Made by a program: the position numbers and the translations under genes
Assembly (NCBI GenBank): GCA_003133025.1
Contig: PKZK01000059.1
Coordinates: 1 to 11,561, forward strand
Source: Vulcanimicrobiota bacterium
GTDB lineage: Bacteria; Vulcanimicrobiota; Vulcanimicrobiia; Vulcanimicrobiales; Vulcanimicrobiaceae
Direction: 5' to 3'
Length of the DNA: 11,561 nucleotides
In this document: positions 1 to 6,207 of the stretch, piece after piece
Numbering within the stretch: position 1 is the first letter of the stretch
Layout: every line of letters begins with the position of its first letter
Notes under the pieces: generated by a model
What the model saw: the letters and a program-made list of their open reading frames with translations, nothing else
Databases searched by the model: none
Told to the model about the DNA's origin: nothing

Positions 1-1
1 G

Positions 2-73
2 CCGCGGCCCACGCCTCGGCCACCGCGGCCCACGCCGCGTCCGCCTCGGCCGACGCCTCGGCCACCGCGCCCT
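2..73 (+). repeat. Intragenic 21-nt tandem repeat (at least 3 units plus a partial) encoding PRPTPRP
   Basis: Units 2-22 ccgcggcccacgcctcggcca, 23-43 ccgcggcccacgccgcgtccg and 44-64 cctcggccgacgcctcggcca differ only at synonymous third positions. Confidence 0.9.
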
Positions 74-592
74 CCGTACCCCAAGCCGCCGCCGCGTCCG
101 CCGTCGGGTGGTGGCGGATACTGGCGTCCGGGTACGCGTCCGCCCACCTGGATGGGACCGCCGAATTACTACCGTCCGCCGGGCGGCGGCTGGCGCCCCA
201 ATTACGGTTGGGTCCCCGGCTATCGTCCCGGCTGGTGGGGTCCGCGTTGGCGCTACAACCGTCCGTGGCTGGTCAACAACCAGCCGTGGTACAACGGCAC
301 GAGCATCGTCGCGGGGCTCTTCGGAGCGTCGCTCTTCCTCAACCTCGTCAACCAGACGATTACGAGCAACAACGACTACGTGCTCGTGCCCAACACCGAC
401 GACGTCTACCTGATCGTCGGCAGCGTGTACGGTAACAGCGGATCGTGGGTCAGCTTCAACTTCGTCTCGTACGGCCAAGAGTACGTTGAGGAAGGCGATT
501 GTCGCGACTTCACGATCGACGGACAAGTGCCGTCGAGCCCGAACCTGCGCGCCGTGCTCAATGCCGCATGCATCGTCGCATACGGTAACTGA
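2..592 (+). CDS. Hypothetical Pro/Arg-rich protein, 5'-truncated: (PRPTPRP)n repeats, W/Y/G/R/P low-complexity segment, hydrophobic helix and small C-terminal domain with two Cys
   Basis: The frame of ORF 152..592 is open back to the window edge (PRPTPRPPRPTPRPP...GGGGYWRPGTRPPTWMGPPN...). It has GC3-biased codons, ends at TGA 590-592 and is followed by a terminator hairpin. The start lies upstream of the window. Confidence 0.85.
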   Translation, partial: PRPTPRPPRPTPRPPRPTPRPPRPPYPKPPPRPPSGGGGYWRPGTRPPTWMGPPNYYRPPGGGWRPNYGWVPGYRPGWWGPRWRYNRPWLVNNQPWYNGTSIVAGLFGASLFLNLVNQTITSNNDYVLVPNTDDVYLIVGSVYGNSGSWVSFNFVSYGQEYVEEGDCRDFTIDGQVPSSPNLRAVLNAACIVAYGN

Positions 593-611
593 GTCCGGTC
601 CCGGTTAACCC

Positions 612-651
612 AAAGGGGCAGGCATCGCGCGCGCGGTGCCTGCCCTTTCTT
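612..651. terminator. Probable bidirectional intrinsic terminator
   Basis: Long GC-rich inverted repeat aaaggggcaggcatcgcg / cgcggtgcctgcccttt, followed by a tttctt tract on + and flanked by aaa on the left. It lies between convergent stops at 592 (+) and 661 (-). Confidence 0.8.
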
Positions 652-660
652 GCGATGCGG

Positions 661-1836
661 TTAGCGCGCGACCGAAGCGATCGCGGCGAGAATCGCGTCG
701 AAGTACCCCTGCTGCGCGCCCACGACGTCGGGGTGGCCGATCGAGGCGATGCGGCATTCGTTGAGCGATGCGGGCGCTTTCTCGGGGCTGTAGAGTTGGC
801 GACAGAGTTCGTCGCGTTCGGCATAGACCTCGTCTACCGGGAAGACCGCGCGATCGGCGAAGCGCAGCTCCCAGAGCGACGAGGAATTCGGCGGCGCCAC
901 GAACACGGCTTGACCGTCGGAGATGCGCGGCGTCACGTGCACGAATGCGGGTGTGAACGGCGCGCGATTCGCATCGTCGACCGCGGCCCCGATGGCCGCC
1001 TCGGATTCGGCATAGAAACGGCCCGCCGCGTCGATGATGCCTCTGACGATCTCGGGCAGGTCGGCATAGGTCGCGTAGGGCGTGTTCGCCTCATGCTTGC
1101 CCTCGCTGATTTTGGCCAAGCCCTGGATGATGCGTTCGCGGCGGCGCTCGGCCCGGCTGCGCGGAGGTTGCGAAAGCAACGCCGAGACGAAATCGTACAC
1201 CGAAGGAAACTTGGTACTATCCTTGCTGACCATCCGGAAGTACGAGAGCACCGCGACGCGGCAACCGGGATTGCGCTCGACGCACCGCGTGCGAATGCGA
1301 TCGAGCAGTGCGGTGAGGTGCCGGTGACAGTGCAGGTCGATGAGCGCCGCGATATACTCGTCGCGCGCGAGCGGGTCGAGCAGGCGCGTGATGCGCACGT
1401 CGTTGATGCCCGCGGAGAGCACGATCAGATCGATCGGCGTATCTTTTTCCGGCGAAGCGTCGAGCGCGTCGAGTTCGGCGAGCACGGTCGGCGTGCCGCT
1501 CGGGATTTCGCCCGCGTACGGACCCTTGTCGAGAAACGACGGCTCCGTTTCCCCGGGCTGGTACAGGCCCGGCAGGCCGATCTGATTCCGGTCCCCGATG
1601 CCGATGATCGCGCCGGAATGCAACTCGGTGGGGATCTCGCGCACGGGCTGCTTCAGCGTTTTGGTGAGGTAGTCGATCAGCAGCGTGCGCCAGCGATGCT
1701 CGGGCCGCAGCCCCTGACCCCACGCAATCGAATCGCCCAAGACGAGCACGTTGAAGCTGCGCTCCGCGGGCGGCGGCGTGGCCGGAGCGGCTACCGCCGC
1801 GGCCAATGCTTGCACGAACGTCGCGCGATCGATCAC
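661..1836 (-). CDS. SGNH/GDSL-family hydrolase (esterase/lipase-like), probably exported, 391 aa
   Basis: Block I VLVLGDSIAWGQG, block III LSAGIND and C-terminal block V-like ASIGHP are present. GTG at 1836 overlaps the upstream stop (GTGA), with GGAGG upstream. The N-terminus MIDRATFVQALAAAVAA is Tat-like. The 646-aa ORF-track extension to 2601 overlaps another gene and is rejected. Confidence 0.85.
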   Translation of the reverse strand: MIDRATFVQALAAAVAAPATPPPAERSFNVLVLGDSIAWGQGLRPEHRWRTLLIDYLTKTLKQPVREIPTELHSGAIIGIGDRNQIGLPGLYQPGETEPSFLDKGPYAGEIPSGTPTVLAELDALDASPEKDTPIDLIVLSAGINDVRITRLLDPLARDEYIAALIDLHCHRHLTALLDRIRTRCVERNPGCRVAVLSYFRMVSKDSTKFPSVYDFVSALLSQPPRSRAERRRERIIQGLAKISEGKHEANTPYATYADLPEIVRGIIDAAGRFYAESEAAIGAAVDDANRAPFTPAFVHVTPRISDGQAVFVAPPNSSSLWELRFADRAVFPVDEVYAERDELCRQLYSPEKAPASLNECRIASIGHPDVVGAQQGYFDAILAAIASVAR

Positions 1837-2765
1837 GGAATGCCTCCGCCGAGTCGAATCCCGATGCCGAGCATCGCGCCCGTATAACTCGTCGACGAGG
1901 GGGCGCGCGAGAGCGCCGTGCGGTGGTCGCCGAGCGTCGCGAGTTCGAAGTAATACGGGCTGCCCAATGCGGCGAGCGAGAACGTGCCGGCCAAACGGAA
2001 GCGAAGGGCGCGATAGGTGATGCCGCCGCCGACCAGGCTCGGATAATACGAGAGCGAGCCGTCGGCGCTCAGCGTCTGCGCGAGCGCGGGCGGCACTTCG
2101 ACGGCGACGCCGAGACCTTTGACGCTGGGCCGGAAGGCGTTGGTAAATGCATCGAGATACGCGAGTTCGAGCGTTGGCCCGCCGCGCGCGAACGCGTACC
2201 CGCTGCGCAGTTCGATCGACGTGTCGCGCACGTCGGTGGCCGGGCGATAGGTCTGCGTCGTGCCGCCGACGTCGGTCACGAAACCGGCCGGATGCGCGTA
2301 GCCCAGCGAGCGGATGTCGGTCGAGAGCCAGACCGAGCGCAAGCGCAGCGGCGCTTCGGTCTCCGCGTGCACCGCGAAGCTGTCGTAACTCATCTCGCCG
2401 GGGCTCAGTTCGTCGTACGCCTTGGCCGGTCCGTAATCGAACGCAATGCCGCGGCGCGGCGCGAAGCCGTCGCTGTAGACCAGCACCGCGACGTGCGCCG
2501 GCGCGCAACCCCCGCCCGAGACCGTGAGGATCGAGCTGACCGCGCCGTCGGATCGCGCGTGCACGCGACCCTGTGCGTCGACCGGAAAGACGGGGTTCCA
2601 CACGTACGGGTCCGGCGGCGGAGGCGCGGCCGGCGCCGGACCGGCGAAGACCACGCGCGCACCGAGGTCTGGAAGCCGCGTGCCGTCACGGACGGCAACG
2701 TACGCCTTCGCTTCCCAACTGCACCCCGCGACCGGCGCTGCGGGCGCCGGAGCGGCCGGAATCAT
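1833..2765 (-). CDS. Hypothetical protein, 310 aa: Pro/Ala-rich N-terminus, small beta-rich domain with two Cys, C-terminal probable outer-membrane beta-barrel
   Basis: ATG at 2765 overlaps the S53 stop (ATGA), and its own TGA overlaps the SGNH GTG. The C-terminal ~200 aa show repeated amphipathic beta-strand patterns with aromatic residues (SIELRSGYAF, TLELAYL, GLGVAVEV, ADGSLSYYP, LRFRLAGTFSL, YFELATLG, GAMLGIGIRL). Confidence 0.75.
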   Translation of the reverse strand: MIPAAPAPAAPVAGCSWEAKAYVAVRDGTRLPDLGARVVFAGPAPAAPPPPDPYVWNPVFPVDAQGRVHARSDGAVSSILTVSGGGCAPAHVAVLVYSDGFAPRRGIAFDYGPAKAYDELSPGEMSYDSFAVHAETEAPLRLRSVWLSTDIRSLGYAHPAGFVTDVGGTTQTYRPATDVRDTSIELRSGYAFARGGPTLELAYLDAFTNAFRPSVKGLGVAVEVPPALAQTLSADGSLSYYPSLVGGGITYRALRFRLAGTFSLAALGSPYYFELATLGDHRTALSRAPSSTSYTGAMLGIGIRLGGGIP

Positions 2766-4453
2766 TTCTTCTTGAGCAGGGTTGCGAAGTTGCTCACCTG
2801 CAGCGTGCCGATGCCGGACATTTGATCGTACCCGGGGCCTGCGGAATACGGTGGGATGCTGCCCTCGGTGATGTCGCGGAAATACGTCGTCGCGCCGCTG
2901 CTGTAGCCGTCTTTCAACCACGTCTTGTAGAGCGTCACGTTGAACCAGCCGGCGCGCCCATTTTGCAGTTGGTCGATCTCGGTGAGGTCGGCGCCGAAGG
3001 TCGGTGAAGCGAGCGACGTGCCGCCGATCGGGCCCGCGAAGCCGCCGTCGTAATAAAACGATTCGCCCGTATCGGGATCGGCGTCGGAAGCGAGGTCGGG
3101 AATGTTGCGCCCGCTGGTGATGATGTTCGGAACCTTTTTCTGGTACGGCGGCACCTTGAAGATGACCGAGACGCCGCCGCCGGTGCCGTAATCGTTGCCG
3201 CTCCAGCCCACTTCGCTCGTCTCGTTGCCGTTTTGGTCGACCGAGAGCGTCGTGCCGCCGACCGCGATGTTGTGCGGGCTGTCGACCGGTTCGCCGATGC
3301 TCGTACCGGTGCAGCCGTAGGACTCTGACCCGCTGTCACCGGCGGCTGCGTGGAAGGTGATGCCCAGCGCACTGCCTTGGCGTTCGACCTTCTCGACCGA
3401 CTTCGAATAATTCTTGACGTATTGATTGATCGCGGTCTCGCAATACGTGTAGCTCGAGTTCAGCGTGTCGACCAGGTTGTCGCTGACGACCTGATTGTAG
3501 ATGTCGATGAAATTGTCGTTGGTCGGCTCGTCGTACGGCGCTTCGTAAACGTAGAGTGCCGTGCCGGGAGCGAGCGACACGATCGTCTCCACGTCGAGCG
3601 TCGTTTCGATCGAGTCGGGTCCCAAGCCGGAGCCGGGGCCGCCGTCGACGTTGACGCGCGTCGTCGGCGGGCCCGTACGGGTGACGCCGAAGTAGGCGAG
3701 GTACGAGGCCAAGTCGCTATCGAGAAAGTCGTTGTCGGTGGCCACGCCCGAGGCGCGGCCGGTGCCGGTGTAGCCGTTGGCCGCGGGCAACTGGTACGAG
3801 TTGGTGAAGACCTGCGGACCGTAGCCGCCGTCGGGCCCGAAGACCGGATTGCCGTCGCGAATCGCGTTGCGGTTGGGCGCGGGCGCGGCGCGGTGCGCCG
3901 GAAACACGTAGGCGGGGTGCAGACGATGCGAGGCGTCGAGTCCGACGACCGAGTAGACGGCGTCGGCGATGGCCGCCGGCACCGTACCGGGACGCACGTT
4001 GGTGTAGGTGCGGCCCGCATCGGGCGAGATCACGCTATGGATCTCGGTGGAAAAATACTTCGCCGCAACGGGTGCGGGCGCGATGGCGTCGACGACCGTG
4101 CGATTCGGGTACGTCTGCGTGACGGTGAACCCGCCGCTCCGCAGCGAAGCGACGACGCGCGCGTAGTCGGCCGGTTTCGCGCCGAAATAACCGGCGAACT
4201 GCTCGGGCGTCAGGAAGTGGTGATAGAGCGGGGAGTCGGGATCGGCCTGCGCTTCGGTCAGCGCGTCGAGTTCGTCGTCGTGACGGTAATTCAACACGAC
4301 GGCGACGCGCACGGTCACCGTCGACGGTGCCGGGCCCAGGTCGCGCAGACCCGCCGTCGAGCCGCTCTCGATGGGAACGGTGGCGGCCGCGGCAGCGGTC
4401 ATGCCGAACGCGAGCGTCCAAGCGGCCGCAATGGGAAGAACTCGAGCGATCAT
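2762..4453 (-). CDS. Secreted S53 family serine-carboxyl peptidase (sedolisin/kumamolisin-like) with pro-domain, 563 aa
   Basis: Signal peptide MIARVLPIAAAWTLAFGMTAAAAA and pro-kumamolisin-like domain (DPDSPLYHHFLTPEQF). Catalytic ETTLD (Glu/Asp), oxyanion AAGDSG, nucleophile GGTSLASP and Ca-site DIT..G..GYDQMSGIG are all present. SD AAGGAGG lies 6 nt before the ATG. Confidence 0.95.
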   Translation of the reverse strand: MIARVLPIAAAWTLAFGMTAAAAATVPIESGSTAGLRDLGPAPSTVTVRVAVVLNYRHDDELDALTEAQADPDSPLYHHFLTPEQFAGYFGAKPADYARVVASLRSGGFTVTQTYPNRTVVDAIAPAPVAAKYFSTEIHSVISPDAGRTYTNVRPGTVPAAIADAVYSVVGLDASHRLHPAYVFPAHRAAPAPNRNAIRDGNPVFGPDGGYGPQVFTNSYQLPAANGYTGTGRASGVATDNDFLDSDLASYLAYFGVTRTGPPTTRVNVDGGPGSGLGPDSIETTLDVETIVSLAPGTALYVYEAPYDEPTNDNFIDIYNQVVSDNLVDTLNSSYTYCETAINQYVKNYSKSVEKVERQGSALGITFHAAAGDSGSESYGCTGTSIGEPVDSPHNIAVGGTTLSVDQNGNETSEVGWSGNDYGTGGGVSVIFKVPPYQKKVPNIITSGRNIPDLASDADPDTGESFYYDGGFAGPIGGTSLASPTFGADLTEIDQLQNGRAGWFNVTLYKTWLKDGYSSGATTYFRDITEGSIPPYSAGPGYDQMSGIGTLQVSNFATLLKKK

Positions 4454-4459
4454 CAACGC

Positions 4460-4466
4460 CCTCCTT
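4460..4466 (-). promoter_or_regulatory. Ribosome-binding site of the S53 peptidase gene
   Basis: AAGGAGG on the minus strand, 6 nt upstream of ATG 4453. Confidence 0.85.
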
Positions 4467-4522
4467 GGTCGGCCTCTTCGGAACGGGCGGGCCGGCGCCT
4501 CTCGCGGTCGAATCACAGTGGG

Positions 4523-6184
4523 ATGATCACGGCCTCGGACCTCGCGGAGGTGCCGCTCTTCGCGGCTCTGCCGCATGCGTTACGCTCGCGACTCGCTTCG
4601 CGAGCGGCAGACATCCACGTCAACGCGGGCGAGTTCATCGTGAACGAAGGCGATCCGCCGTACTTCTGGGTGGTGCTCGCGGGAGAGGTCGAGGTCGTGA
4701 AGATCGTGGCGGCTGCCGTGCATCAGATCTCGACCTTCGATGCGGGCGAATATTTCGGTGAAGTCCCCTTGATGCTCACGGCGCCTGCGTTTGCGGGCGT
4801 GCGCGCCTTGCAGCCCTCGCGGCTCGCGCGAATCGATCCGAGCGATTTTCACGCCATGGTCACCGAGTCGAGCGACGCCGGCGCGATGCTGGCCCAGTCG
4901 CTCGTGCGCCGCGTCGGCGTCATTCGCGATGCGTACGCGGCGACGTCGCTCACCCAAGCCACGATCGTCGGGAGCAGATACGACTTGCTCTGTCACGACG
5001 TGCGCGATTTTCTTTCGCGCAATCAGATCGGTTTTGAGTGGGTCGACCCGGAAGATCCGGCCGATGCCGAGTGCATGCCCCCGCAAGCGCAAGGCCGGCA
5101 GACGTTTCCGCTCGTCGTCTTGGCGGATGGAACGGTCCTCGAATCGCCGACGGAACGCGAATTAGCCGAAGCCTTGCACCTCCAGACGGTGCCCGCATCC
5201 GACGACTACGACGTGGTGATCGTCGGGGCCGGGCCGGCCGGTTTGGCCGCCGCCGTGTACGGCGGATCGGAGGGCCTCAAGACGATCCTCATCGAGCGCG
5301 AGGCGCCCGGCGGCCAGGCCGGTACGTCGTCGCGCATCGAAAACTATCTCGGCTTTCCGGGCGGCGTGTCGGGCGCCGATTTGGCCAATCGCGCGTTCAT
5401 GCAGGCTACGCGTTTCGATACCGAGATTCTGGTTACGCGCTCGGTCGAGGGCGTCGTCTCCGACGGCCGCGGCGGCCTCACCGTACGACTCGACGGCGGC
5501 GACGCGATCCGTACGCGGGCAGTGGTCGTGGCGACGGGCGTGAGCTGGCGCAAACACGGCGCGGAGGGAGCCGACGCGTTGATCGGCCGCGGCGTCTTCT
5601 ACGGCGCGGCGCGGACCGAAGCGCTGGCAACGCGCGGCAAGAACGTGTTTTTGATCGGGGGCGGCAACTCGGCCGGGCAGGCCGCAATGTTCTTCTCGAG
5701 TTACGCCGAGTCGGTCACGATCCTGATACGCGGCGCGTCGCTCGAGAAGACGATGTCGCATTACCTGATCGAGCAGTTGAAGACCAAGGAAAACATTAGG
5801 GTCGAGGCCCGCACGGTGTTGACGGCCGTACGCGGCGACACGCATCTGCAAGCCATCGTCACCCGCGACGAAGAGTCGGGCGAAACGCACGAACGTCAGG
5901 CCGACGCGGTGTTCGTTTTCATCGGCGCCGACGCGGAGACGGCGTGGCTGGATTGCGTCCAAAAGGATGCGCGCGGGTACCTCTGCACCGGCCAAGACAT
6001 TGCGGATTGGACGCTCGAGCGCCCACCCTATCGGCTCGAGACGAGCGTGCCCGGGATCTTCGCGGTCGGCGACGTGCGCAGCAACTCGATCAAGCGCGTC
6101 GCGTCGGGCGTCGGCGAGGGCAGCATGGTCATCGCCTTCATCCACGAGTATCTCGCGCTTGCCAAAACTCCGGCGCCGGCCTGA
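4523..6184 (+). CDS. Cyclic-nucleotide-binding domain + glutaredoxin-like domain + thioredoxin reductase (TrxB)-like FAD/NAD(P)H oxidoreductase, 553 aa
   Basis: N-terminal cNMP fold (VPLFAAL...GEFIVNEGD...GEYFGEVPL) and a Grx-like segment (CHDVRDFLSRNQIGFEWVD...FPLVV). The flavoprotein part has FAD motif VIVGAGPAGLAAA, GGQA...IENYLGFP, VVVATG, NAD(P)H motif IGGGNSA, and TSVPGIFAVGDVR...A.G.G. There is no CXXC. ATG 4523 was chosen because the ORF-track extension to 3350 is antisense to the S53 gene. Confidence 0.92.
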   Translation: MITASDLAEVPLFAALPHALRSRLASRAADIHVNAGEFIVNEGDPPYFWVVLAGEVEVVKIVAAAVHQISTFDAGEYFGEVPLMLTAPAFAGVRALQPSRLARIDPSDFHAMVTESSDAGAMLAQSLVRRVGVIRDAYAATSLTQATIVGSRYDLLCHDVRDFLSRNQIGFEWVDPEDPADAECMPPQAQGRQTFPLVVLADGTVLESPTERELAEALHLQTVPASDDYDVVIVGAGPAGLAAAVYGGSEGLKTILIEREAPGGQAGTSSRIENYLGFPGGVSGADLANRAFMQATRFDTEILVTRSVEGVVSDGRGGLTVRLDGGDAIRTRAVVVATGVSWRKHGAEGADALIGRGVFYGAARTEALATRGKNVFLIGGGNSAGQAAMFFSSYAESVTILIRGASLEKTMSHYLIEQLKTKENIRVEARTVLTAVRGDTHLQAIVTRDEESGETHERQADAVFVFIGADAETAWLDCVQKDARGYLCTGQDIADWTLERPPYRLETSVPGIFAVGDVRSNSIKRVASGVGEGSMVIAFIHEYLALAKTPAPA

Positions 6185-6207
6185 GCCGTTCGCCGGTCGC
6201 GATGGGC

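Noticed and set aside
2..73. Tandem repeat as a CRISPR array or non-coding repeat
   Set aside because: The units are contiguous with no spacers, are a multiple of 3, and vary only at synonymous sites, so this is a coding repeat.
1837..2601. N-terminal extension of the SGNH ORF (646 aa in the track)
   Set aside because: Out-of-frame overlap with the 1833..2765 gene, giving Arg-rich nonsense sequence. GTG 1836 has an SD and a stop/start overlap.
2755..2780. Programmed -1 frameshift fusing the S53 peptidase to the barrel (autotransporter-like protein)
   Set aside because: Attractive because the barrel gene lacks a signal peptide and lies in the -1 frame. However, CTC AAG AAG AAA TGA is not a canonical X XXY YYZ slippery site, the peptidase ends at a normal S53 C-terminus, and ATGA coupling explains the junction. 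Fused homologs would revive the idea.
655..2825. Long plus-strand ORFs 655..1887 and 1806..2825
   Set aside because: Antisense shadows of the SGNH and barrel genes. They are Arg-rich, have no motifs, and are expected from high-GC codon bias.
4472..4512. Possible ECF promoter (GGAAC...GTCGAA) and short GCCTCT direct repeat in the divergent intergenic region
   Set aside because: The 22-nt spacing is too long for ECF promoters, and the repeat is too short to be significant in GC-rich DNA.
3350..4522. 944-aa version of the TrxB-like ORF
   Set aside because: The first 391 codons are the antisense shadow of the S53 gene. Recognisable domain sequence begins at ATG 4523.
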